Shown in pieces: positions 42,480 through 52,610 of a stretch of DNA of 64,000 nt; position 1 is the stretch's first letter; every line of letters begins with the position of its first letter. Source of the DNA: Bacilli bacterium (GTDB taxonomy: Bacteria > Bacillota > Bacilli > JACDOE01). The notes under the pieces are model-generated. The model was not told the DNA's origin. It searched no databases and saw only the letters and a program-made list of their open reading frames with translations. Where the stretch lies: positions 837 through 64,836 of the forward strand of contig JAWLDF010000005.1 of the NCBI GenBank assembly GCA_041686735.1, written 5' to 3'. A program made the translations under genes and the position numbers.

Positions 42480-42965
42480 TTGGCAGACAAAAATCATTCC
42501 GAGGTAAATTATGTAACCGAGGAAGGATTACAAAAATTAAAAGATGAATTGGAATATCTCAAAGGAACAAAACGAAAAGAGGTGGCTGAAAAATTACAGA
42601 TAGCCATCGGTTACGGAGATCTCAGCGAAAATTCCGAATATGACGCAGCCAAAGACGAGCAGGCCCACGTGGAAACAAGAATCGTCACTTTGGAAAAACT
42701 GATTTCAAATTCAAAAATCATCACAAAAAATGAAGGGGATCAGGATGTCGTCTCAATCGGCTCCACCGTCGTCATCCAGGAGTGGCCGGATGGAGACAAA
42801 GAAACGTACACCATCGTCGGAACAACAGAATCCGATCCTTCCGACGGAAAAATCTCCAATGAATCGCCCATCGGTTCGCAATTGATCCGCCGCTCGGCAG
42901 GAGATATCGTTCACATTCAGGTGCCTGACGGAACGATCCCCTTTAAGATTTTAGAAATAAAATAG
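42480..42965 (+). CDS. greA: Transcription elongation factor GreA
   Basis: GDLSENSEYDAAK and ISNESPIG motifs. Confidence 0.93.
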   Translation: MADKNHSEVNYVTEEGLQKLKDELEYLKGTKRKEVAEKLQIAIGYGDLSENSEYDAAKDEQAHVETRIVTLEKLISNSKIITKNEGDQDVVSIGSTVVIQEWPDGDKETYTIVGTTESDPSDGKISNESPIGSQLIRRSAGDIVHIQVPDGTIPFKILEIK

Positions 42966-43004
42966 CAGCGGTCCTTTTTCTCCGGTTCCGCTGCTTCATT
43001 ATAC

Positions 43005-43652
43005 TCATTTTGTCTTCATTCTCTTTTTTCCCTCGCGACAAATGTGCAGCAGGGGACATCCTTCACATTTGGGATTTTGTGACTTACAGTGATATCTGCC
43101 GAGAAAAATCAAGCGGTGATGGGTTATCGACCACTCGTCCCGCGGCACTTTACTCATCAACGTTTTTTCCACTTCCAGCGGGGTATCTTTCCAGCGGCAA
43201 ATCCCGAGTCGTTTGCTGACACGTTCCACATGAGTGTCCACTGCGATTGCGGGTACACCGAACGCGTTGGATACAACCACATTCGCTGTTTTTCTTCCCA
43301 CTCCGGGTAATTCGGTCAGAGTCTTATGATCACGGGGAACTTCTCCGCCGTACTCATAAACCAGTTTTTCACACAGACCGCGAATATTTTTTGCCTTATT
43401 GCGCCAGAGTCCGATGCGCTTGATATCCTGCTCCAGTTCTTCAAGAGGAACGGCGAGATAATCCTGCGGTGTCCTGTATTTTTTAAATAAATCCTCCGTC
43501 ACTTTATTAACCATCTCATCCGTCGTCTGCGCGGAAAGGACAACGGCAATCAACAATTCAAACGGGTTGGCATGACGGAGCTCGCACTGTGCGTCGGGAA
43601 ACATTTCGGATATGATATCGAGCGCTTCTCTGATCTCCGTTTTTTTCAACAT
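43005..43652 (-). CDS. nth: Endonuclease III
   Basis: LSAQTTD, LPGVGRKTA, VDTHV; 4Fe-4S motif C-X6-C-X2-C-X5-C. Confidence 0.95.
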   Translation of the reverse strand: MLKKTEIREALDIISEMFPDAQCELRHANPFELLIAVVLSAQTTDEMVNKVTEDLFKKYRTPQDYLAVPLEELEQDIKRIGLWRNKAKNIRGLCEKLVYEYGGEVPRDHKTLTELPGVGRKTANVVVSNAFGVPAIAVDTHVERVSKRLGICRWKDTPLEVEKTLMSKVPRDEWSITHHRLIFLGRYHCKSQNPKCEGCPLLHICREGKKRMKTK

Positions 43653-43653
43653 T

Positions 43654-44490
43654 TTACTTCCCCTTCCCCCAGTGATCAACCAGTCTGGCAATGGCATGAT
43701 CTTCACAGGATACGGTCACATGGTCGGCTACTTTTTTGACAAAAGGATGGGCATTGTCCACGGCCACGCCCCAGTCTGTTTCCTGCAACATTTCCACATC
43801 GTTCATATTGTCACCGACCGACATCATTTCCGCCAGTGTTATCCCGGTATGTTCAGCCCATATCTTCAGTGCTTCCCCTTTGCTTACACCCGGGGGGAGA
43901 ATCTCAAGATATTGTTCGTCAGAATAAACCACCGGATACGGCGTTTGTTCACGCAGTTCCTTTTCCAATTGTTTCAGCCGTTCGGGATTGGTGTGATGCA
44001 ACACCACTTTGAATAAAGGAACCTCTTTTTTTACTTCTTTGATGCCTTCCACATGTCGCAGCGGAATATAAGTCCTTTTTTTCACTTCCTCATATATATA
44101 AGGATGTTGTTGATACACGACCACTTCCGTTCCCTGATAGACGAACTGCATAATATCAGGGTTTCGACGGTCAATCTCAGCGATAAGATCGTGAACATCC
44201 ACGGGCAAAGCCTGTTGCCACAGTGCTTTTTCTTCTTTAAAATCGTAAATTTTGGCCCCGTTGTAAAGAATGACCGGGGTATTGACATTGATCAGTTTTG
44301 CATATTTACGGACCGTATGTTCCATGCGACCGGTCGCCAGCGTGAACAGACCGCCCTGCTCCTCAAAAAAACGAATCGCTTCCAGGTTTTGTGGTGATAC
44401 TTCTTTTCTGGCATTGAGCAATGTACCGTCCATGTCGGAAATCAGACTGCGGATATGAGAAAGATCTTTTATCGTCGGTTTTCCCGTCAT
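43654..44490 (-). CDS. Cof-type HAD-IIB hydrolase
   Basis: DMDGTL, ATGR, VSKG and GDNMND motifs. Confidence 0.9.
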   Translation of the reverse strand: MTGKPTIKDLSHIRSLISDMDGTLLNARKEVSPQNLEAIRFFEEQGGLFTLATGRMEHTVRKYAKLINVNTPVILYNGAKIYDFKEEKALWQQALPVDVHDLIAEIDRRNPDIMQFVYQGTEVVVYQQHPYIYEEVKKRTYIPLRHVEGIKEVKKEVPLFKVVLHHTNPERLKQLEKELREQTPYPVVYSDEQYLEILPPGVSKGEALKIWAEHTGITLAEMMSVGDNMNDVEMLQETDWGVAVDNAHPFVKKVADHVTVSCEDHAIARLVDHWGKGK

Positions 44491-44491
44491 C

Positions 44492-44920
44492 TTATTCTTC
44501 AACTCGCTGTCCGTTGATTTCGATATGGTAGGTAATTTTTGCATTGAGTGATTGAGATACCGAACAGTATTTTTCTTTCGACAGTGATACGGCTCGTTTT
44601 ACTTTGTCAAAAGGAAGATCGCCACTGAAGCGATATATAATATGGATGTCCGTAAACCGTCGCGGATGGTCGTCTGCCCGCGTACCTTCCAGCTCCATGG
44701 AAAAGGATTCCACGGTCAAACGCATCTTGTTCAAAATCATCAACACATCGATCCCGGTGCACCCTGCCAGACCGTGAAGAAGTACTTCCATCGGACGGGG
44801 GCCTTTATTTTCTCCGCCGACTTCCGGTGCTGCGTCAAGGGTGAGTGAATGTCCGGAATCTCCCTTCGCTTCAAATCGCATGTTCCCCATCCAGGAAACG
44901 ACTGATTTCAAAATGATCAC
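44492..44920 (-). CDS. OsmC family protein
   Basis: GPRPME, LAGCTGIDV and KYCSV motifs. Confidence 0.9.
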   Translation of the reverse strand: MIILKSVVSWMGNMRFEAKGDSGHSLTLDAAPEVGGENKGPRPMEVLLHGLAGCTGIDVLMILNKMRLTVESFSMELEGTRADDHPRRFTDIHIIYRFSGDLPFDKVKRAVSLSKEKYCSVSQSLNAKITYHIEINGQRVEE

Positions 44921-45055
44921 TTCCTTTATTTTAATGAAATGTATTGATCACAACTGTTATTATCATTAGTTTGCCATGAGATACGCCAAAGAACAACGGT
45001 TAAAACGTTGAAAAGAGAGAAACACACCCCAGGGTGTGTTCTGTGGAGATGATTT

Positions 45056-45361
45056 TTAAACTAAGATGCTTTTATTAATCTTCTGAGCCATAGAAAAATC
45101 TTTCCCGGTCAAACCGCCTTCATCGTGTGTCGTCAGGGTAATCTTTACCCGATTGTTTTGAATAAAGATGTCGGGATGATGTTTGGATGCCTCCGCCAAA
45201 TTTGCAACTTCATGAACAAAATTGACAGCCTCACGAAAGTCATTAAACTTGAATTCCCGTTCGATCACCTTTTGGTCTTTCAACATCCACCCATTAATTT
45301 TGGACATGTTTAATTCAATCTGGTCAAGAGACAATCGAGCCAATACGAAGACACCCCCCAC
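45056..45361 (-). CDS. Pterin-4-alpha-carbinolamine dehydratase
   Basis: HHPDI, LTTHD and GLTGKD motifs. Confidence 0.9.
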   Translation of the reverse strand: MGGVFVLARLSLDQIELNMSKINGWMLKDQKVIEREFKFNDFREAVNFVHEVANLAEASKHHPDIFIQNNRVKITLTTHDEGGLTGKDFSMAQKINKSILV

Positions 45362-45464
45362 AGTATTTTATTATTAATTCTATGCAGGAATAGACGGTTC
45401 CTGCCAAAAAAATCATCCTTTTTTTATCTTTTTTTGATTACCCCCTAGACAGATCAAATGAACG

Positions 45465-45502
45465 ATTGTATATTTATATTATATTTTGAATGAATATTCA
45501 TA
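45465..45502 (+). promoter_or_regulatory. Tandem ArgR/AhrC (ARG) boxes
   Basis: TGTAT-attt-ATATT (45467) and TGAAT-gaat-ATTCA (45487), 20-bp period. Confidence 0.65.
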
Positions 45503-45521
45503 TCTACTGGAGGGACTTACT

Positions 45522-46037
45522 TTGAATTTTCGCGCGGCTACGATCCATGACATCCTAGGGATGATGGATTTAATTAATATTTATGCCGAACAGGGGCTGA
45601 TGCTTCCCCGTTCCAAACTGTCTTTATGTGAAACTCTGCAAAATTTCATGGTGATTGAAGATCAGGGAAAAATCGTCGGCGTGGGTGGACTGCACATTTT
45701 ATGGGAAGACCTGTCCGAAATCCGTTCCCTGGCCATAGCACCGGACTATGCCGGACAGGGACTCGGCACAGCACTGGTTGAAAAGCTGGAAGACCGGGCA
45801 AAAGTTCTCGGTATTCCCCGTGTGATTACGCTCACGTACCAAAAGAGATTTTTCGAGAAAAGCGGATATGAAGTCGTCGAAAAAGAGCAGTTATCACATA
45901 AGGTATGGAAAGACTGCCTTAATTGTCCCAAATATCACGCCTGTGATGAAATCGCCATGATTAAACGTATAGAGCCCGTCGTGCCACAACAGGCCGAATC
46001 AGTAAAGGAACAGGAAAAGTTGGGAACATCCGTCTGA
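45522..46037 (+). CDS. Short GNAT N-acetyltransferase, probable N-acetylglutamate synthase (short ArgA type)
   Basis: GLMLPRS, EIRSLAI, GQGLG, LTYQKRFF and KVWKDC motifs; TTG start behind GGAGG; ARG boxes upstream. Confidence 0.78.
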   Translation: MNFRAATIHDILGMMDLINIYAEQGLMLPRSKLSLCETLQNFMVIEDQGKIVGVGGLHILWEDLSEIRSLAIAPDYAGQGLGTALVEKLEDRAKVLGIPRVITLTYQKRFFEKSGYEVVEKEQLSHKVWKDCLNCPKYHACDEIAMIKRIEPVVPQQAESVKEQEKLGTSV

Positions 46038-47225
46038 TCATTTTTTTAATTTAAGGACTTTCTTCAGTAGATCAACTGTTCTCGAACCTACCAGGTCATC
46101 CGCCCTCTCAATGACATCGCGGATGACCTTTAATACTGATTGTTCTCCGTTCCAGTGCTCTTCAATTATCTGTGGATCGACATCGACCAGAATCGCTTTC
46201 AGTGCCATCACGCCGAGTACAAGATCATCGAGAAATCCCAGAGGACCCAGCAAAAATTCGGGAATTACATCCACCGGAGTAATAAAGTAAGCTACAGCCG
46301 CACCGACGATTGCTTTAGACTTAAGCGGAACACGGGGGTCTTTTAACAGACGGGCCAAAAGAACAAAGATGTCGGGTACAAGAAGCAGGTATCCGGCGTT
46401 TTTTTCTGCCCTCTTCCCGCCCTTTTCCTGTATAAATATTCGAATTCGTTCGCGCAGACGATCGTAAAAACGCTGGTGTTCTTCTTCAAGACGAATCGTT
46501 TGATCATCAGACGTGACGACCTTCCCGCGAATTTTCTCATGTTGTGACGTTTCGATTTCCACACGGCTCTCCTGTTCTTCATACACGTTTAGTGAAGGTT
46601 CATCCCAGCCGATGATCGAAATATCCACATTCATTCTGCGATCAAGTAAGGTGATATTCTTGATCCTGACCAGTTCCAGCAATGATTTGCCGAACCATTT
46701 TTTTTGTTGAAGTTGTTGAAAGCGAGGGACTTGATCCAGATCGAGTATCATCCGCTTACCTTCGAATGTGATTCCCTCGGTATCACGCAATACATAGCCG
46801 ATCACGGATTGTCCGGTGATGGCCTCAAGAAGAAACTTCCCCGTGCCAAACAAAAGTCGCTTCCCCAGCGATACGTCATCGAGGGGAATTTCTTCCCGAT
46901 ATGAAAGAACAAAACGATGTTGACCGGGATGAAAAACACACTGATCGATCCAGATTTTATAATGGCCCGTAACTTTTTCTTCTTTTACTTCAACATCGGC
47001 CGTGACTTCAAAATAACCGTCACGAATACGAATATCCAGCTTTTCAACCTCGGAAGGCAATTGCTTGATAAAAAGAGGAAGATACTTCTGATTCAGTGTC
47101 GTTTCATCAATGACAATTCTACCCTTCGTTAATTCCAGCCATTCAATGTTACCGAGAATCTGTGCCAGTTCTCTGCGGTGTTCCCGCAAATAATTGACCG
47201 TTTTCTTGACATTTTCTTTAAACAT
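46038..47225 (-). CDS. YkvA/DUF1232-domain protein with a long unknown N-terminal extension
   Basis: C-terminal AYFITPVDVIPE..GPLGFLDD motif. Confidence 0.75.
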   Translation of the reverse strand: MFKENVKKTVNYLREHRRELAQILGNIEWLELTKGRIVIDETTLNQKYLPLFIKQLPSEVEKLDIRIRDGYFEVTADVEVKEEKVTGHYKIWIDQCVFHPGQHRFVLSYREEIPLDDVSLGKRLLFGTGKFLLEAITGQSVIGYVLRDTEGITFEGKRMILDLDQVPRFQQLQQKKWFGKSLLELVRIKNITLLDRRMNVDISIIGWDEPSLNVYEEQESRVEIETSQHEKIRGKVVTSDDQTIRLEEEHQRFYDRLRERIRIFIQEKGGKRAEKNAGYLLLVPDIFVLLARLLKDPRVPLKSKAIVGAAVAYFITPVDVIPEFLLGPLGFLDDLVLGVMALKAILVDVDPQIIEEHWNGEQSVLKVIRDVIERADDLVGSRTVDLLKKVLKLKK

Positions 47226-47341
47226 TTTTTCTCACTCTTTCCTCACCTGTATAGAATAGTACGCTAATATTATGGCTTTAAAGTCATTATCTCATGAAAA
47301 AAGGACAAGTCAATTGAGATTGACCTGTCCTTTTAATCTTC

Positions 47342-47827
47342 TTAAGAAGGATTGGATTGCTCCAGATTTAAAAAATACTGTGAAATCTCAGCAACAACCG
47401 GATCTTCCGAACCCTCGCGGTGAAGTTTCAATGTCTGTTCCACGAATTCTTCCAGGCTGGAGAGCAAAGTGGTTTCATTTTCAAAACGAACATGTAACCA
47501 CTTATCACGGTCAGTCGGCTGCTCACCATACACCAGTACGATTGATTCGGGTTTCATGGTAAGCAAAACATCCCAGGAATTCATTTCCCGATCGGGCCCG
47601 ACTGCTACTATTTGCGGAAAATAGACCTCGATCGTACGCTCCCCGTGAAAAATATAGAGGATCAATGCCGTTTCATTGTCTACCAGTCCGGCCCCCCAGC
47701 GACAATCACCCTTAACGGAGGATTCCTGAATATCCTGGTCGTTTAAATCGCTATCCGGATCCCATAAGTGTAATTCTTTTTCAGATTGATCTCTTCCCAG
47801 TGCAACGGGATGTACACGATTCAGCAA
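47342..47827 (-). CDS. Hypothetical protein
   Basis: RBS GGGAGGG; 161 aa ORF filling the gap. Confidence 0.6.
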   Translation of the reverse strand: MLNRVHPVALGRDQSEKELHLWDPDSDLNDQDIQESSVKGDCRWGAGLVDNETALILYIFHGERTIEVYFPQIVAVGPDREMNSWDVLLTMKPESIVLVYGEQPTDRDKWLHVRFENETTLLSSLEEFVEQTLKLHREGSEDPVVAEISQYFLNLEQSNPS

Positions 47828-47888
47828 AAGTGAATCCCTCCCCGCAATTTAGAATGATGTAACGTTGTTAATGTCAGTTTGTTCACGA

Positions 47889-50800
47889 TTACTGGTCCAA
47901 TTTGTAATAATCCGGATGCGGCTTTAACGGACGCATCATCCAGTAAGGACGGCGCATTCCATGCTCCTTCGGTGCGGGACGGGTTAATTTTAACCACTCA
48001 TGGTAAACTTCATGCGCTTTTTCCGTATCCACCTGGATATCTCCATACTGGTCGTTCGCTCCGGGCAATTCCGCTTTTACTTTCTGGTGCCAGCAGTGCA
48101 TCCCGCTGATCGGATCCGGTTGAACGAGATGAATGATGTTTTGATGCACACCGGCATCTTTCCACCAGATTCTCTCGGAATCAGGGTCCTCACTCTTCCA
48201 AGGTTGCACGCCATGGACCATTTTCATTTTCCATTTTGAGCCTTCTTTCTCCAGTTTGACGACTGAGGAGTTCCAGCGGTCACTACCTTTGTCCTCATGT
48301 AATCTCCATCTTCCCAGATGGTGTGAGCAGGCGATGACTCCCGTACGGATACCGTCCGTAACCCAGACTTTATCTACAAAATATCCGCTGACGGTACTTA
48401 TTTTTAACAGATCGCCTGTTTTTACTCCCATTTTGCGGGCATCGACCGGATTCAACCAGATCGGGTTGCTGTGAGCAATCTCATACAACCACTTGGCCCC
48501 GTTCGTTCGGGAGTGAATCAGGGTCGGCAGACGGAACGTCGGCAAGAGAATGTACTCCTGGTTATCCCAGTCAATGTGGTCCGGATGAACCTGAGTGATA
48601 ATATGCGGCATCTTCGCCCGCTCTTCCTTATTACGCGGATAAATCGGAACCGCGTATTCCGGCCATCCCCAATCACGCAGGGTGGAGGAGAAGAACTCCA
48701 GCTTTCCGGAAGGCGTCGGGAATCCCTGAACGGGTTTTCCGTCAACGACCACTCCGACACGGACCTCACCGTTCTTATTTTTAAACGGTCCCGGATAAGG
48801 ACGGAGGTTGGTTTTCGGCGGCGGAGTTTTAACCCAGACACCGGGTTCTGCTTCGGAATCAGAGGAAGCGACAGTTGAAGGCTCTTCCGCAGTTGCCGCA
48901 GCTTCGGAATATCCTTTGTCTTCTGTTTTCGGAGCAACAACGGAAGCCTCTTTCAGAATCTCTTCACCAATCGGCTTCTCATGTTGCGAATAAACATCGT
49001 CCGTGATCTGGAAGGAACCGTATTTTCTCATATACTCCATCGGAGTAAGTCCTTCTTTTGCGGCAGCTTCAGGCAGACCCGGTACGGAATTTTCAAATAT
49101 CCAGCGATAATATTCTTCAATGGTTACTTTCTCGCCCGGTCGATAGGGTGATTCAAAGTATTGACGAATACCCATGGATCCATCGGGATCGATTCGCCAG
49201 GACAATTCAATCCAGAACTCATTTTCTTCCCAGACTTCACCCGGATTAGCCTCATAGGTAAACTCAATTCTCTGGCCGTCTTTCTCCTTTTGAACGCGAA
49301 GTACCGGCTGACGGAAACCGATCCACTGTGCAGCGTGGGTTTCATAACTGTGCAAATCGTGACGTTCCGGTCCGAGACCCATCGGCAGTACATAGTCCGC
49401 ATATTGGGCCGATTCGTTCCAGGTAGGTGCAAGTGCAGCATGAACGCCCACTTTTTCTTCATCCTGAAGCATTTCAATCCACGAAAATCCATCCGGGAAT
49501 GTCCACACCGGATTTAATACGCGGGTGAAATAGACATCCAGTTTCTTATTTTTATGCTTTAAAATATGGGGCAGGAGGAATCCCATTTCAAAGTTGGCCA
49601 GCGGGAATTCTCTCGGAAAATGATTTTCGTTCCAGAACTTCACATTTTGATGCGGTTCGTTAAACGGCGCCGGAACGAACTTGACCCATGAGTTGGGGAG
49701 CATACTTCCCGGGGTTCCTACCGCACCCATCAATACGTTTAAGAAAAACAGTGCCCGGGCAATCATCCAGCCGCCACGGTGCCCCGCTGAAGCATTACGC
49801 CAGACGTTGGACGAAAAAGCAGTTCCAGCCCGCGCTATCTCGTTGGCTACGTCAATGATCATCTGCGCTTTTACACCTGTCTCTTCTTCTGCAAATTCAG
49901 GTGTATACGCTTTGTACATGTCCTTCATCAGGGCAATGAAATCTTCAAAAGTATCACCTTTCGGCATTTCACTGATGAATCCCGTGTCATGGAGACTTTT
50001 GAGATATTCACGGTCGGCCAGAAGTTCATCCCAGTTGACCCATTTACGTACAAAATCAAAGTTGAACAGATCGTTCTGAATAAGATGGTTAGCCATCGCC
50101 AGTAACATGGCCGTTTCAGTTCCCGGCCAGGGTGCCATCCAGTAATCGGCTTTTGAAGCGGTATTGGAAAGGCGTGTATCAATGACAGCGATTTTGGCTC
50201 CTCTTTCCTTTGCCTCCATAATTCGTTGCGCATTGGGATTGAAATAGTGTCCCGATTCAAGATGCGCACTCATCATCAGGATAAAGCGTGCATTGCTGTA
50301 ATCCGGTGCGGGACGGTCCATTCCCATCCAGTACATGTAACCGGTACGCGCTCCGGAGGAACATACGTTGGTGTGGGAGTTATGACCGTCTACACCCCAG
50401 GCAGAAAGAACACGCTCGGTAAAGAGGTCTTCACCGGGACGGCCTACATGGTAAACGACTTCATCTTTACGATTTTCCTGGATCGCCTTGCGGATACGTG
50501 GAGCCAGATCATTCAGGGCTTCATCCCATGTGATGCGCTCCCATTCCCCGCTGCCACGGGGGCCTTTACGCTTCATCGGATATAATACACGTTCAGGGTT
50601 AGTCACCTGTCCGATGGTAGCCGGGCCTTTGGCACAGTTTCGGCCACGGCTGGCAGGGTGCAGAGGATGTCCTTCAAGTTTACGAATCTTGCCGGTTTCT
50701 TTATCGATATATGCCAGAAGTCCGCACGCTGCCTCGCAGTTAAAGCAGACGGTGGGAACCAGTCGATAGTTTTTCTTTACCTGGCGCGGCCAGGATTTCG

Positions 50801-50900
50801 AATCTAATTCTTCCCAGTCATCCCAACGATCCGGCGGCGGAAAAGAACTCAGTTTGCCAAATCGCTGAAACGGTTTGTTTGCAGTTGTACTCACAATCAT
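47889..50900 (-). CDS. DMSO-reductase-superfamily Mo/W-bisPGD oxidoreductase catalytic subunit, no Tat leader
   Basis: CFNCEAACG...CAKG 4Fe-4S motif; NSHTNVC putative Cys metal ligand; VIDTRLSNTASKAD; C-terminal cofactor-binding domain. Confidence 0.9.
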   Translation of the reverse strand: MIVSTTANKPFQRFGKLSSFPPPDRWDDWEELDSKSWPRQVKKNYRLVPTVCFNCEAACGLLAYIDKETGKIRKLEGHPLHPASRGRNCAKGPATIGQVTNPERVLYPMKRKGPRGSGEWERITWDEALNDLAPRIRKAIQENRKDEVVYHVGRPGEDLFTERVLSAWGVDGHNSHTNVCSSGARTGYMYWMGMDRPAPDYSNARFILMMSAHLESGHYFNPNAQRIMEAKERGAKIAVIDTRLSNTASKADYWMAPWPGTETAMLLAMANHLIQNDLFNFDFVRKWVNWDELLADREYLKSLHDTGFISEMPKGDTFEDFIALMKDMYKAYTPEFAEEETGVKAQMIIDVANEIARAGTAFSSNVWRNASAGHRGGWMIARALFFLNVLMGAVGTPGSMLPNSWVKFVPAPFNEPHQNVKFWNENHFPREFPLANFEMGFLLPHILKHKNKKLDVYFTRVLNPVWTFPDGFSWIEMLQDEEKVGVHAALAPTWNESAQYADYVLPMGLGPERHDLHSYETHAAQWIGFRQPVLRVQKEKDGQRIEFTYEANPGEVWEENEFWIELSWRIDPDGSMGIRQYFESPYRPGEKVTIEEYYRWIFENSVPGLPEAAAKEGLTPMEYMRKYGSFQITDDVYSQHEKPIGEEILKEASVVAPKTEDKGYSEAAATAEEPSTVASSDSEAEPGVWVKTPPPKTNLRPYPGPFKNKNGEVRVGVVVDGKPVQGFPTPSGKLEFFSSTLRDWGWPEYAVPIYPRNKEERAKMPHIITQVHPDHIDWDNQEYILLPTFRLPTLIHSRTNGAKWLYEIAHSNPIWLNPVDARKMGVKTGDLLKISTVSGYFVDKVWVTDGIRTGVIACSHHLGRWRLHEDKGSDRWNSSVVKLEKEGSKWKMKMVHGVQPWKSEDPDSERIWWKDAGVHQNIIHLVQPDPISGMHCWHQKVKAELPGANDQYGDIQVDTEKAHEVYHEWLKLTRPAPKEHGMRRPYWMMRPLKPHPDYYKLDQ

Positions 50901-50931
50901 CCCTCCATGTTTGATCTTTACGTAATCGCCA

Positions 50932-52482
50932 TTAACTTAACGGAACGGACTGACCTGCCTGCACATAAGCATGTTCATAAGCCAGCACACCGATCAATGC
51001 CAAGAGCGCTGTGATTCCGTAGATACTTGCAAATCCGAGTAACAACGGAATCAAACCACCGGCAATTAATCCCGTCCAGAAGTAACCACGGAAACGTCCT
51101 TTGATCATGTTGTGAGCAGCTTTTTCTGCATCCGCAGTCATGTGCGGTATAACCATTTCACTGAGTATCAATGCTACGTGAGCAGCTACAGAAACAATCA
51201 ATGTGATATTAACAATTTGGAGTGCATCAGCCGGCAAACTGATAAACCATGACAAAATAATAAAAGAAGCTGCACCGGTCATTACGGACTGAACAAATAA
51301 ATGTACCGGCAATACGGGATTCTGCCATAAATCACGCCCTTTGGATTGAGCGAACAGGAAAGCGGTGTAGATGGCAGTAAGAATAGCAAGTACGACTCCC
51401 GGCCACCACAATGCTTTAGCCAGTGCCTGATTGGATGTTAATCCCGCAGCAAAAAGAAGCACGAGAACCAACGTATATCCGGCGATGATAAACGCACCGC
51501 GAACCAGCCACGATTTCCATTGCGGCCGGGTAAAAATTCGATAAAATCGTTCCGGATGAGACAATTTGGAAATGAGCAACAATCCTGTTAATGCTAAAAA
51601 GAAACCGCCAATTACTGCTGTCGTTGTTGTCCAGACCGACTCCAGTTCATGTCCGAACAATCCTAAAAGAACGTAGATTAAAAACACTCCGGCAGCAATG
51701 GACTTTGTCCATGAATATAGGGAAACACGCCAGTCCCAGTATGGCTTATGTGGTACGTCGTAGGCAACACGCGCGGCGGCTATGCTGTTAAAAGAAGCTT
51801 CAACCTCTTCAACGGGATAACCTTCATTCTGTTCCGACCACATATGCATGCCTGTATACTGGGCAGCCGTAGGAGATAATGTGGCTTCGTTCGCACCCTT
51901 ATAGAAAACCTTGGGATTCGTTCCTTTTTCGGGTTTGCGAACATCTACTTTTTGTCTTGAGATAATCTGTGATACTTCACTTTCAGGGTCGTTCAGATTT
52001 CCGACAATGATCGCTTCCTCAGGACATACGACAACACATGCCGGCTCCATTCCCTGATCAATTCTGTGGGCACAGAAGTTACATTTCTCAGCGCTGTTAC
52101 TGCTCGGACTGATATGAATTGCATCATACGGACATGCGGTCATGCATGCCTTACATCCGATACAAACATCGCGATCAAAATCAACAATTCCGTCCGGACG
52201 TTTAAACATAGCCGTTACCGGGCAGACCGGTACACAGGGTGCATCTTCACACTGGTTACAACGGGTAACCTGAAAATGCCGGCTGACTTCCGGAAAAATA
52301 CCGACCTCGACCTGTTTTACATAAGTACGGTTGACGCTTAACGGCACTTCGTTTTCTGATTTACATGCCGTGGAACAGGCGTGGCAACCGATACACTTAT
52401 CCTGGTCGATGACCTTACCCCACTTGACAGAGCTACTCTGGTTGGAATCTACTAGTTCCAGTTCTTTAAGCAATGGGTCCAT
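50932..52482 (-). CDS. Fused 4x[4Fe-4S] ferredoxin (DmsB/PsrB-like) and NrfD/PsrC membrane anchor
   Basis: CIGCHACSTAC, CNQCEDAPCVPVCP, CIGCKACMTACP and CNFC...C motifs, then about 8 TM segments with KLSHPERF. Confidence 0.9.
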   Translation of the reverse strand: MDPLLKELELVDSNQSSSVKWGKVIDQDKCIGCHACSTACKSENEVPLSVNRTYVKQVEVGIFPEVSRHFQVTRCNQCEDAPCVPVCPVTAMFKRPDGIVDFDRDVCIGCKACMTACPYDAIHISPSSNSAEKCNFCAHRIDQGMEPACVVVCPEEAIIVGNLNDPESEVSQIISRQKVDVRKPEKGTNPKVFYKGANEATLSPTAAQYTGMHMWSEQNEGYPVEEVEASFNSIAAARVAYDVPHKPYWDWRVSLYSWTKSIAAGVFLIYVLLGLFGHELESVWTTTTAVIGGFFLALTGLLLISKLSHPERFYRIFTRPQWKSWLVRGAFIIAGYTLVLVLLFAAGLTSNQALAKALWWPGVVLAILTAIYTAFLFAQSKGRDLWQNPVLPVHLFVQSVMTGAASFIILSWFISLPADALQIVNITLIVSVAAHVALILSEMVIPHMTADAEKAAHNMIKGRFRGYFWTGLIAGGLIPLLLGFASIYGITALLALIGVLAYEHAYVQAGQSVPLS

Positions 52483-52581
52483 TCCTCCTTACGCCTAGTG
52501 TGTAATTATGCTATTTGTGACAACTTTATGGCAACTCTAAGGTACCATGTTTTTGACTTTTCAGTAAAATTGAAATATTAA

Positions 52582-52610
52582 ATGACCTATAACAAAGTGT
52601 TATAGGTCAT
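52582..52610. promoter_or_regulatory. 12-bp perfect inverted repeat containing a T-N11-A LysR box; candidate operator
   Basis: atgacctataac-aaagt-gttataggtcat. Confidence 0.55.

Noticed and set aside
44492-44920. Further Sec candidates (OsmC here; also thioredoxin, the Mo enzyme and the FeS subunit)
   Set aside because: All redox or ligand positions are normal Cys codons in uninterrupted frames.
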